In this document: positions 1-11,125 of the stretch, piece after piece
Numbering within the stretch: position 1 is the stretch's first letter
Layout of the letters: every line of letters begins with the position of its first letter
Assembly: GCA_051942245.1 (NCBI GenBank)
Contig: JAVECL010000020.1
Coordinates: forward strand, 62,001 to 101,848
Length of the DNA: 39,848 nucleotides
DNA from: Trypethelium eluteriae
Lineage: Eukaryota
Direction: 5' to 3'
Notes under the pieces: generated by a model
What the model was told of the DNA's origin: nothing
What the model saw: the letters and a program-made list of their open reading frames with translations, nothing else
Databases searched by the model: none
Position numbers and translations under genes: made by a program

Positions 1-166
1 TTCTCTGCAGGTTGCAATTGAGTCGTGAATTAGGCCACGATGGTGAAAAGACTGGCTTCTTGAAGGATGTTGTGGAGTGGTGTTGATATGAAAGTGCGCT
101 ATAATATATACAAAACACATCGTTTGATACATATCTGGGTGACTGGCTCATTCATGCCACATGCCA

Positions 167-1524
167 TCAAGATGCATTCTTCATTTCCCGAAGCTTTCCC
201 ATCACATCTATCGGGTCGTTTTTGCCGACTGCTTTCTGAATGTTTGGATCCTATCGAATGTCAATGTCTATCCGGCCCAGTAATCAAAGTAGCACGAAAC
301 TTACGGTAACTCTCATGAAAACATTGTGATTCTGCTCGGAACTTTAGCTTCTACCCTTCTATTATCGCTTGCATCTCTGAACCTACTTTCTCATCACCAA
401 TAGTAAATTTTCCTTGGGTTTCCTTGTTGCTATTCGCGAATTCCTCTAATTTCTTGATGCTGTCATTTTGAAGTACTGTCTTACCGAATTTAACATTGCC
501 TTTCGTGTACTCATGGCCAGGCTAAAACATATTAGCTTATTGAAAGAGTATGAGAGCCACGATCACATAGCAGGGAAAGCCATACATAGACCTTCGTATC
601 GTCCGGCAAAGCTGCGAGAGTCTCATTCAAGGCCTTGTGCATCTGCTGAGGATTGCCTTCGAAAAAGCGACCGCATCCTGAGGTTTTCTATCAATAAGCG
701 ACTTGAATCACATGGGTCTGAGCGCATCTGCCGCACCTCCGATGAAGAGCGTGTCTCCTGTGAAGACAGCCCGGTCATTGCCATCCTCGAAGAAGTAGCA
801 GATGCTATCTTGAGTATGGCACGGTGTGTGCAGTGCCTTCACCTTTATCTTATCGCCAACGGAAAAAGTCTCCCCATGGTTCGGAGTCTTGGTAACCTTA
901 TCACAGTCTTTGCCGCCAATGACCGGAAGGCTGTAATGCTTGAGCTTTGGCTATGTTAGAAATCAGCAGTACAATGCACAATCTATACATACTGTTTCTG
1001 AGTTTCCCCCAGCATGATCGTGGTGGCTATTAGGCCGGCGTCAGCGTGAGTCTAGCCTTTTGTCGTAGCAGCCTACTGGTGGGTATTTATGATGCTCCCA
1101 AGCTTAATATTGCCAGAAGCGGTTTGGTCCTTCAGGACTGGTAGGACCCTATCTAGAAATTAGAATTTTATACAGCATTGATGCCTGAAAGAAAGGCCTT
1201 GGCTTACTCACTCAGGAGGATTGGCGGGATCAATTATGACCGCTTCTTTAGACGAATCATCGACAACAAGGTAGGCATAGTTGTTACCACTCCCCTCCCC
1301 TGTCGATGTTATTTGGAATGACTACATAATGGTCAAGTCTAGAAGTAAAGCATAACATACACATTGGAATGGATTGGATATGCATGGCGCGGGTGAACGC
1401 AAGCTGTATTGGTGTCGGTCATTGACAATCCACGAGACCGGGACTTTAGGAAGGTACCCACGCTCGCGACAACTGTATTTAAGGGCTTCCAGGAAGCTGT
1501 TCTAGCTCTCACAAGAAAGCTCAT
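167..1524 (-). CDS. GLO2: Hydroxyacylglutathione hydrolase (glyoxalase II), multi-exon; core starts at ATG 1385, probable mitochondrial extension starts at ATG 1524
   Basis: Splicing GT-AG introns by hand gives [105 protein letters not shown], which contains the metallo-beta-lactamase/glyoxalase II motifs. Stop TGA at 169-167. Not visible in the ORF track because the exons are short. Confidence 0.95.
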
Positions 1525-1952
1525 GGATGATGTGGAGTAGCAGTTTGTGAGTGAGCAGTCTATTGCCAATCGTTGAACCCGAGAAAATGACGTCGACTGT
1601 CCGCCCGCGCGCCCCTGAACCCTAGATGACTATTCAAAAATGGTGACGAAATTTGGAAGAAAAGCGAAATCTACGCTTCGATTGTGGAGATGGGGGAAAT
1701 AAGCCCAACATAAGCCGCAGGAGTATTGAAAGCCTCGTCTCAGTCTCTGAGGCCTTCGATAATTATTTTAATAGACTGACTAAGTATCTAATCTCATGGA
1801 AGGCTGGATGCCAGTGAAACTACTGCGCATAGTACGAAGTAGAGTAGAAATTAAAATACATTTGATGTCGTGAGGCTCACAATGGAACGTCTGGTATCGT
1901 ACAGAATAAAGATGCAGAGACCATCGCGACGAAGTCTACGTAAATCAAGAAT

Positions 1953-4900
1953 TTAATCGCCCATCACGCTCTCCGCGTGGTCATCCTCAGCGCCATTATC
2001 AACGCTATTACCAACGCCGTTCACCTCGGCTTGATCATCATGCGGTTGATCATCAACCTCCGCAGCTTCTGGAGAATCTTCGTTTCCGCCATCGTCAATG
2101 TCATCTTCGTCCTCCTCACCTGTGACCGTCTCGTTCGAGATCTGCTTCTTTCCTTTGCTTGTTCCTGCTGGGCCCCGATTCTTGGCTGCCTCCTTGTTCC
2201 TACTTCTTGCTTTCTTCGACTGTCCTGTACTGGCTTTTTCGAGATATGACACGACTTCCTTCCAGTTTGGGCCGAGTTTTGTTTTGTTTCTTTCCAGCTG
2301 ACTTCTTGTCTTCGTTGCGTCAATAACACCACTCAGAGCAGCAAGCACTAATCTGCTCCCGAGCCCACAAAGCCTCTGTTCCGATGTGAGACGATTTCGA
2401 TGCTTCTTTGAGAGCTTGCCACTCCCTAGGCTTGCTCCTCCTGTTCCGTTCTCGTCCTCCGCTTCACTTTCTTCTTCCTCGTCCTCTTCGTCTTCACTTT
2501 CCGGATCATCATTGATGTCTGCCTCCATATCACCATCCTGGGCATCGGCATCTGCGACTTCTATTGAGCGACCAGTTTTGCCAGCAAAATCCGACTCTGC
2601 AGTGGCCAGCAGCCTCAATATCGTTTCTTGTATTGATAAAGGTATTTCGCTAATTAGCGCGAGATACTCTGAGTTCCAGCCACCTTGTTTAACAGCACGT
2701 TTTGGCTTGGCTGTCCTCAGTGTCGAGGGGAACATGATGCAGACATCCAACAGAACGTCCACGAGGCCAAAGGTTACGTCTTCTAGACCGTGAGTACCCT
2801 TCGTCTTCGTTTTTGAGCCAGTTCGACTCCGTGTCCTGGCCTGTAGGACTTCGCCAATGCCGGACACGAGGGCGTCTCGTCGTTCCGCAAGAGTTTCAAG
2901 TTGCACAGGACGCAACAAAGGTGAGTTGGAGTCGGCTGAGACAATGACTTCCTTTAGAGCAGCCAGCTTCCACATGAAATAGAACATGAGCGCGGTGGCC
3001 GAATTCACGGCTATGCCATCCTCAAGGTCATCTAATTCGGACTTGGCAGGAGTTTTGGAAGGCCTAGCTCGATGGACGAGGGATAGCAGAATCGTGACAG
3101 CATCAGTAGACGGGTTCGAAGAATTTCTCGAGGACTCCTTGCGAGATTTAGATTTGCTTGAGCTTGTGGAAGGGGCAGCCTCGAGTGTGGACGTGCAGTC
3201 AGCGACCCTAGCTAGACTTGCAATGCGTAACACTGTGTTCGACATTGATTTGAGGTTCGATGACGATAGATTACCTCTAGTCCTCAAATCCTGGTCTTTG
3301 CCCAGCAAATGGAGAGTATTCGTGGTCGTTTCCCAGAGCGACTGGAGCTTCGATTCTGTCACCTCCTCAAGTTCGTCAAAGTTCTTGGCGTGCATCAGTG
3401 CGGTCGTGGCCTCATTGAGAACGTCCCCACTCCCGTGCGTGAGAAATTGTTTGTTGATATCATCCAATAGAGAGGCGAAAGTGGTTGAATCTTGCCGTAA
3501 CTCTTGGAAGATTTCGAGGTTGAGGATATGGCCTAAACGAAGGACCGCTGTGGCTGATTCAGGATCGGCGCCAAATTTTTGGAGTAGGCGAGGTATTAGA
3601 GACGCTAGATGTCTTGCAGCATCTTCTTGAATTTCAAGCAGTTCCTCCCTTCGTGCCTTGGTTTTTTTTGTTTTCTTGTCGGTCAGTTCTTCCTGGGCTT
3701 CAGCAAGCGAAGTCTTAATCGCGGCCCCGAGGATCTCGAGGAGAATGACTTCTTCTCTTTCATTAAGCTTGCACTCCTGCTTTAAAAGTGCCTCGGGGTC
3801 ATCAGAATTGCCATTTGGCTGTGCTTGGGTATGATCGAAGAGAAGATAGCCTGCTAAAACCTTCCACTCCTTCACCTCCGGAACTGCGTCACATAGAGTT
3901 TGTGCCGCAAGCGAAAAGCGTGTTTCGACTTTAGCAATCTCGAATGAGTGCATTGCAGTTCGAGAATTCTGTCCAATTGCATCGGCTGCGTCAGTTTCTG
4001 GTCCGTCATAAGTTTGAAGGGCTTCGACGAGACACTTGAGCTTGAGCCACTCCGGTCGTAGGCTATCAAAATCATCGATACCGCTCGTTAATCCGTCCAG
4101 TGCTTCTTTGTCGCCTATGTCTTCCAATTTCGACTCGTAAAGATCGTTGATACTCTCGGAAAAGAAGCTGACTATGGCTTTTCGTACGCGTGGTTCGGAG
4201 TCAAAGATTAGTTGGCCAACAGAATCGATATCATTAGGCTCCAGCAGGCCCGCTTCTCGAAGGACATCGACCAGTTCGACAGCTGTAGCTCTGACATTTG
4301 CTTCCGCATCACGCGTTGCCATCTCGACCATACGGGCTCGGAATCGTTCCGTGAAAGCCCTAAGCCCGCTCAATTTGTCTTTGTCTCTGTACAGACGTAG
4401 TAACTGTTTTAAATCTTCTAGACGAATAGAAGCGGAAGAGTCACTGAGAAGCCACCCAAGGTATCGTAGATGATGCCCGTCAAAAAAGTATTCGGGATAA
4501 ATTGTAATCCAATTGCCAAGGGCAACGACATTTTCCGCCCTGATGTTGGGATCGACATCACGATAACGGTGGATGAAGGTCGAGTCCAGCCAAGGAGCGA
4601 TGGTCTCGTCCAGCTTGTCGCGCTGTTTTTGAATCTCCCGAGCCGTACTCTCAAGTGATGAGATACGGCTCTTGTTGGTCCGGCTCTTTTTGCGCTCGGA
4701 TTCTATCTGTCGTAGCGTTTGAGCAGCGCTATCTACAAGGCTTCGTCCGACGTCTGCCAACCCAGCAATGATCGCGCAACAGACCACTGTGGACGTATGT
4801 CGGAAAGGTCGTGTAGATGCTGAGGTCATCGGGAGGAGCCATGCCTGCAAGTTCTGCTCAAACTGTACTTTGGAGAATAATAGGCTATCCACAGGGAAGC

Positions 4901-5727
4901 TGCTGATCACGCTTCTGAAAAACCCGGTCAGACGCTTTTTGAAAAGGGCGGACGTTTTGCCTTTGGCGATGAGAGGGTAGTCTACTACGTTTTGCTGTCG
5001 ATTGGATCAGCAACGTCTCTTCAAAACTAAAACTCATGGGCCACTAACCGCCTGAAATTCCTCCTGGATCGTGGTCAAGCGACCGTTTGCATTATCCGGA
5101 TCACCAATGTCGTGAACATCAACGCCTATGCTACAGCCAGCGGACCTGAGGACGAGATTCACAAGTTCGGCAACAGAACTAGCTTCGTCATTTTTGAATC
5201 GCTCTACCCATTCTGTCACGACATCTTCCTCAACATCGCCCTGCACAAATATTTGGCCTAATACACTGTTAGCGATCTTTATCTTACGGGAGCCTGATAT
5301 CGTCACCATAAAGTCCTTCTGCTTCCTGGTCAGATAGCGCCGGTGTCGGCAAAGCTCGTCGAGGTTGCTTTGACTTTGTAGTGGACGTCCTGATGGCCAG
5401 ATCAATAGTACCGCCGTTTGCTCTCGATCTCTTTGCGACAGGCTTGTTGCGCGCTGTCTTGGCCGTGCGGTTGGCGCGTCTGTTCTCCCTTACCTCTTCC
5501 GCATCTGGCTCGCCCTCAGTATCCTCTTCCGACTCGTTCTCGCTGTCATCATCATCATCCTCACTGCCGTTGCCCTCAATATCTTCATCCGACCGTTTGC
5601 GCTTCGTTGATCCGAGAGGTGTAACATCGCGTAACCGCTGAGGCCGTTTCGAGACGCGCCCGGACGTCCGTCGCTTGGCAATTGAATTCTCGACTTCGGC
5701 TGAGGATAGTTCAGGGGATGCGTCCAT
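1953..5727 (-). CDS. SCC3: Cohesin subunit Scc3/Irr1/Psc3 (STAG domain), about 1223 aa, introns 5306-5258 and 5048-4995
   Basis: STAG/SCD motifs (SASTRPFRHTSTV, FIHRYRDVDPNIRAE, YLGWLLSD, FTERFRARMVEMATRD). Three ORF-track pieces join in frame across two GT-AG introns with GCTAAC and GCTGAT branch sites. Confidence 0.95.
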
Positions 5728-5753
5728 GGCAGGTTTTAGCTGTGTAGATTGGA

Positions 5754-5784
5754 ACGCGTCGGCGGCGCAGAGAATTACGCGCGT
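5754..5784. promoter_or_regulatory. MCB-like (MluI, ACGCGT) G1/S elements upstream of SCC3
   Basis: ACGCGT at 5754-5759 and ACGCGCGT at 5777-5784, within 60 bp of the SCC3 ATG. Cohesin genes are established MBF targets in yeasts. Confidence 0.55.
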
Positions 5785-6209
5785 TCACGTTTCGGGGATT
5801 CCAGCGAGGTTTGAGCGCAGTGTGGAAAGCCTAGTCAATCGTAAAGACGGAGGGCACTCATCAGCGAGAGCAGTCAAGAGTGCGAACGAGCTGAAAGAGG
5901 ACGTAGCCGGGGATTGAGAAGGGTGGCATGCACTTATTTCGTAGTCGCGTGTTTGTGATGATGGTGGACAGCACGCCCCACCTTTTTGCGCCACACCACC
6001 ACAGGCCTTCAATTGAACCATGGCAAGCAGCAATACTCTGCAATCTCGTATTCGCTTATCTTCATGGACCAGCATTCTCAGGGACGCTAAGGCAATGTGT
6101 GGATGTCAAAGAAGCGGGTCGATTGTCATTCGTAGCATTCTCTATGACTAGTGGTCAACCTCTTACGTGAGAGGGCTCACGGCTCGGTGCCTCATTACCA
6201 GTCTTCCTG

Positions 6210-7286
6210 ATGACCTCTCCCTTCTCGAAAACGTCCGATCGTCCTGGCCAGGGCGTCATCGCTTTGAAAATCCTCCCACCAGTGACCCCAGTGCTCCATA
6301 GTCTATCATATCAGTATCCACTGAAGCTCATTGCGCCTTCACCAATCGACCTTACAACTACCGTACCACCGTTGCCGACCATCAAATCTCAAGCACCCTC
6401 AATCGTCCATACGGTCTTTATCCTTACCTATGGGGGCGGACTGCTACCAAATGATCATGTGTCATTGAACGTTTCCACAGCTCCTGGGGCTCGTCTAGTG
6501 CTCCTCACCCAAGGCAGTACAAAAATCTTCAAGTCTGAGATCGCTTCGACCCAGCAATCTCTTAACTCTTTTCCAGTTATCAAGGAGGGCAGCACTCAGT
6601 GTATGGTGGTGGAGATCGCAGACGGAGCCGCACTCTGCTATCTTCCCGACCCCATCCAGCCTTTTGCTGATTCGGCATTCGAGCAACGACAGACATTCAA
6701 TTTGTCGGGCAATGGTACCGGTAACTTGTGTATATGTGACTGGGTGTGTGAGGGTCGTCCTGCCAGAGGAGAGAGTTGGAGCTTTCAACGTTACGTATCC
6801 CTGAATGAGATTTGGGTGTCCTCTGCAGGGGAGATGAAGCAACCGCAAGAGAGCGAGATCCGCAAAAGGCTAATGCTTCGTGACAAAGTGATGCTTGATC
6901 GGAGAAGTCATATCGATGTTGACTACCGAGCGAAAGTCAATAGATTGGGCGTAGTTGGAACTTTAATTCTGAGAGGCAAGTTGTTTGATAAGCTGGGCCA
7001 ATTCTTTCTGGATGAATTTCAGCATTTACCAAGGATTGGCGGTAGGGTATGGGAAAGTGGTGAAAAGGAAGATGTGGAGGATAGTATACGTGAGAGAAAT
7101 GCCAGACATGAAAGAGAGGCAGGCGATGGCTTACTGTGGACAGCAGCAGCGTCAAGAGGCAGTGTCATCGTGAAATTTGGAGCGCGCAATGCTGAGGGTG
7201 CTCGAAGATGGCTTGGTCATATGCTCAAGCTGGAAGGGACGATTGAGACCACGTTTGGGGAGGGAGCCTTACTGTGTCTCAGATGA
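6210..7286 (+). CDS. ureD: Urease accessory protein UreD, intronless
   Basis: Motifs LSYQYPLKLI, TYGGGLL..D, LTQGSTKIFK, LPDPIQPFADS.FEQ.Q, DWVCEGRPARGESW, LRDKVML are characteristic of eukaryotic UreD. Confidence 0.95.
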   Translation: MTSPFSKTSDRPGQGVIALKILPPVTPVLHSLSYQYPLKLIAPSPIDLTTTVPPLPTIKSQAPSIVHTVFILTYGGGLLPNDHVSLNVSTAPGARLVLLTQGSTKIFKSEIASTQQSLNSFPVIKEGSTQCMVVEIADGAALCYLPDPIQPFADSAFEQRQTFNLSGNGTGNLCICDWVCEGRPARGESWSFQRYVSLNEIWVSSAGEMKQPQESEIRKRLMLRDKVMLDRRSHIDVDYRAKVNRLGVVGTLILRGKLFDKLGQFFLDEFQHLPRIGGRVWESGEKEDVEDSIRERNARHEREAGDGLLWTAAASRGSVIVKFGARNAEGARRWLGHMLKLEGTIETTFGEGALLCLR

Positions 7287-7355
7287 AGATCCGTAGGCGC
7301 TCAGCAAGTTAGACTCTGGATAATGGTATGGCCATTTCGTGGTGGCGAGTTGACA

Positions 7356-8311
7356 TTATTTGCTTGGCCTATCACTGACCAATTTCCGGTATTGCTCAAT
7401 AATACTATTCCTTGCCTTGCCCAGCTCCTCTCTTCGTCGCAGACTGCCAGCCGTATTTGGAACATCACTGATCTGCACCTGTGCGCCGTTCTTTACCTTA
7501 AACTTTTCTCTTGGGACAGCTTTGAGTTTTGGTGGAGCTTGGGCGACGTCGTGCAATCCTCTTGGCTGATCCCTCGTCTCCTTCAACTTAGCCCACGGAT
7601 CATCCTCCTCGTTGCCATGTTTCCCAGGTTGATTATGCTTACGCTTCTTTCCCCGAACAAATTTATAACCAGATGCAACCTCCATCCTCGCATCGAGCTC
7701 CTCTTCCTCTTCTTCGACGATTTCCCGAGCTTCTTCCTCCCTTCTGCGACGGGCGGCATCCTGTCTTCTCCAGTCTGCATACATGTTCTGCATTCTTTTC
7801 TCCTTTCGAGTCTGCCGTGCCCCTGGTTCAGCAGAACCTCTGCCTCTACGCTCCAATCTGGGCATAGGCATGGCTTGATCCACACGAGCAGAAAAGTCTG
7901 ACAACCGCTCATGTGGTAAAATTCTTGGGGCGTCTGATGTTGGCAATGATCTCGCATTGGAGCTCACGCTCTTCTCGAATTTCCTTTTGTTGACGTTTTT
8001 GGTATGGCCATCGTCCAGTGCTTCCCTTTTTTTCCTACCATTTTGCATCTGCATGAGTCGTGCAAAAGCTTTGGGTGTATCATCGTCCCCATATCCTGTT
8101 TCTGTAGGCTTGCCTCTTTTCCTTTTGCGTCCGGAAAGTTCTAAACGCTCTTGCTGTAATTTTCTGCCCACTGGCAAAGATGTAGCCCTATTTTCAGGAG
8201 GTAAATCAAAGCTAGATAGGTTACCTCCGGATTGGAAGACTAAAGATCCGTAGAGATGAGCACCTACTTCGCATCGTCATCGATTCTTGGCCTCTTGTGC
8301 TTGTGTGGCAT
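7356..8311 (-). CDS. Conserved fungal basic/coiled-coil protein (UPF0653-like), about 299 aa, intron 8267-8212
   Basis: MPHKHKRPR start; an in-frame GTAGGT..CTAG intron joins it to NFDLPP. Motifs DDTPKAFARLM, ILPHERLSDFSARVDQAMP and SLRRREELGKAR..IIEQYRKL. K/R-rich, suggesting a nucleolar protein (inference). Family name is from recall. Confidence 0.8.
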
Positions 8312-9140
8312 GATTTGGTCTCGCCGCAGTGAGCTCACAGAAGTGATCGCTTTGATCAACTGGTTATGCAAAAAAGGATTCACGTGGTGGCATCCTTAAC
8401 CATGGTAAGAATGGCGCTAACGTACGGAGTTAGGTATAGGTACCTAGGTAGTTAGCTCTAGATTTATTAGTATAGTCAAAACTAAAAGCCAATGAGGACA
8501 ATAACTTGTCATAAGCTTCCAGCCCCCATCCCTTGTGCCACCCACGCCACCCCACTCCCACTTGCCCACCAATGACCCTGATGGCACTGGAACGTGTCTT
8601 CCAGAAACCAACAGCTCCGCGGCACAGTCACGCTACACACCAGTCGCCTCTGTCGCCATGTTGAGCTTGTACACTTGGCCTCATCTGCGATTTCTAAGAT
8701 TGAGGCAATCTTATCATACAATTCCTGGGCTGCCTGTCGGGCCGCGAAGAACCCAATTGCGGCTGTCAACTTTACGAGAGTTCACGAAAGAAGACCTGAC
8801 TCCAGTTTCAGCCTGGGTTACTCCGTATACCAAGGCGAGAACAGGGTTCCTTCTCCTTCAGTCCATTGTTGGAACTCAACACGTGTTTGATGTGCCTTAA
8901 CCGGTGACTGCTTTCAGCTGTACCATCAGCTAACATGCGACACTACTGACAACGCTTGTACCTCTCGAAGAGGTCACGTATTCCCATCGTTCTCGTCCGT
9001 AAGGTATTCAATCCTAGTCTGTTCGTTAGTACATCTGGAAACCTCACAACGCAGATGGGGGAAGTGCTTGTTCAGAAACGACACTTCTAGGAATCGGGAT
9101 TCGATATCTTCTGGTTACCAATTGGCTCTCCCAGAGTGGT

Positions 9141-10554
9141 ATGGCAGCGACGGCCCAATATGTAAAAATCAATGCCGGTGAGCACGAATCTTTCGGATCA
9201 CAGAGCAGCGGCAGTCTTTTGCCATCCGCCTCGCCTAAGCCTCTTGCACCTGTAAACTGGAAAAAGTGGTTCGACTTTGCATCTGCGACGGCTCGAAGAC
9301 CCTTCTCACGCCCAACTAAGCGCTGTATATTTTGCAGACTGCTACCCATTCCTTCAATAGTCTTGCTAATTGTGTGAGTTATGTCCTTATTTGAATAGCC
9401 ATGGTGCCATACTGATCCCCGCAGTGCCGCTGTCTATGCTGCGAGCTTGTTCTCGACTGTATTCAAGTTTCTGGCATTTAATGGACTGCAGAAGGATTTG
9501 CCGCTCCATTACAATGCAGGATGGCCTGGTAGCCATGCCGTGAATCTTACGAAAGACATCAAGCCTATACCTTGTCACTCTCACAATGGTATTGCCATCC
9601 TCGAATGTATAATGAGACGTCACTTCTCCAACTAATAGCCTCTTCTTATCAGACTATTGGCGGGAGACTCCCCTTTTCGACGCCTTGAGACATGGCTGTA
9701 CGGGCGTGGAAGCGGATGTATGGCTCTTCGAGGGCGATGAAAAGCTTTATGTGGGTCACGATACCGCATCTTTGTCTCCTGGGAGGACATTCGAAATCCT
9801 TTACGTCAACCCCATCTTGGAGCTTGTGAACTTACAGAACCCCTCCAGCATCGCAATTACTGAGAGAGGACCACGAGGCATCTTCGAGCAAGACTCGTTC
9901 CAAACTCTCGTTCTGCTTGTTGATTTCAAGACCTCCGGATCTGAATTGCTGGCCTACGTCGAGGCTCAATTAGAGCCATTGCGCTCGAATGATTACTTGA
10001 CATATTTCAATGGCACCTCAATTATTCATCGCCCTGTTACCATCGTTGGAACAGGAAATGCCCCCTTTGACATGATGACCACAAACACATCAAGACGGGA
10101 CATCTTTTTTGACGCTCCTCTTGGGGACATGCACAACTCTCGCACGCTGACGTCAGAGCAGTCTCGTGCGTCACCCATAATGTCGAGGAGCAGTAACAAC
10201 CAAGGACAAGGGCATACTGGAACCGAAGGCCTGGACCCCTCCACATATGATCCTTCGAACTCCTTCTACGCAAGCACATCCTTCATGCGGTCGATTGGCT
10301 ACCCTTGGTGGTTTGGGACTTTCTCAGATCATCAGCTTGATCTTGTTCGGGCTCAGATCCGTGGAGCTCACGAACGCGGTCTGCAGGCAAGGTTTTGGAG
10401 CACACCGTCCTGGCCGAAGGGGGTTAGAAATTACGTGTGGTCCGTTTTGCTGGACGAGGGAGCTGATATTCTAAATGCTGATGATTTGGATGAAGCCCGT
10501 AATGTTCTCTTTGCTCGTCAACGGACCGAAGACGTATCACATAGTCGAGAGTAG
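9141..10554 (+). CDS. AIM6: Aim6-family PLC-like phosphodiesterase with an N-terminal transmembrane segment, two introns
   Basis: Spliced sequence PIPCHSHND|YWRETPLFDALRHGCTGVEADVW..LYVGH..LVLLVDFKT..VTIVGTGN..FFDAPL..RFWSTPSWP..LNADDL. Introns at about 9374-9424 (GTGAGT..GCAG) and 9589-9652 (GTATTG..TCAG). Confidence 0.88.
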
Positions 10555-11125
10555 GCTGCAGGAACGACAGGTCATACCGTGGCCTTAGTATGCGTATGAG
10601 ACTTGAGGGCCTCGTAAGAGACTCGTTGAATGGTAGTTGGAGTTCGATCGATGGGGAGAGGTCAGGAAGGGCGCTATTGGAGACCACTGACTAGCTACGG
10701 CTCATAATTTTGCGCCAAATTCAGTAACGGTCAAGACTGCTACCCCTTCTGATAAAAGACACATATTTTCTGCTTGATGTCAAGCGTATAGCATGGCTAT
10801 GGATTTCACGAATGAATGCGCAAAACTTGATGCCACTTCTACAATTCTCTATCCCACTCTGCTTGACATCGGAGGCACCATTGACTGGTCCTAAGCGCTT
10901 TCCTTTCCTAGTTGGGGACTTTAGTTAGCACTTGGTTCTGGGCACCTCAGTCCAGTCCTCGAGGCAAGGCTCGCCAATCTCCCCACGAGGGCGTGCCTCG
11001 ATGATACTCTTCATAATGTCTTGCCGGAATTCGTTGAAGGAGGCTCGTTGACTCTCCAGGGGCTATGGTCTTCCACACCATTACCTGAGGCTTAGCACGG
11101 ATCGTGATAAACCGAGCGTAAGAAC

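Noticed and set aside
468..959. 163-aa plus-strand ORF
   Set aside because: Antisense shadow of glyoxalase II exons.
1732..1753. Short GCCTC..GAGGC inverted repeat; similar GAGGC/GCCTC words at 10870-11100
   Set aside because: Stems are too short, with no target-site duplication or element structure.
1977..5641. Multiple Ser-rich plus-strand ORFs
   Set aside because: Antisense to acidic codon runs of SCC3. The same applies to most short ORFs overlapping the other long genes.
8509..8900. Three overlapping ORFs of 86-121 aa between the UPF0653-like gene and AIM6
   Set aside because: Non-ATG starts, no recognisable motifs and no convincing splice model. A degenerate gene remnant cannot be excluded.
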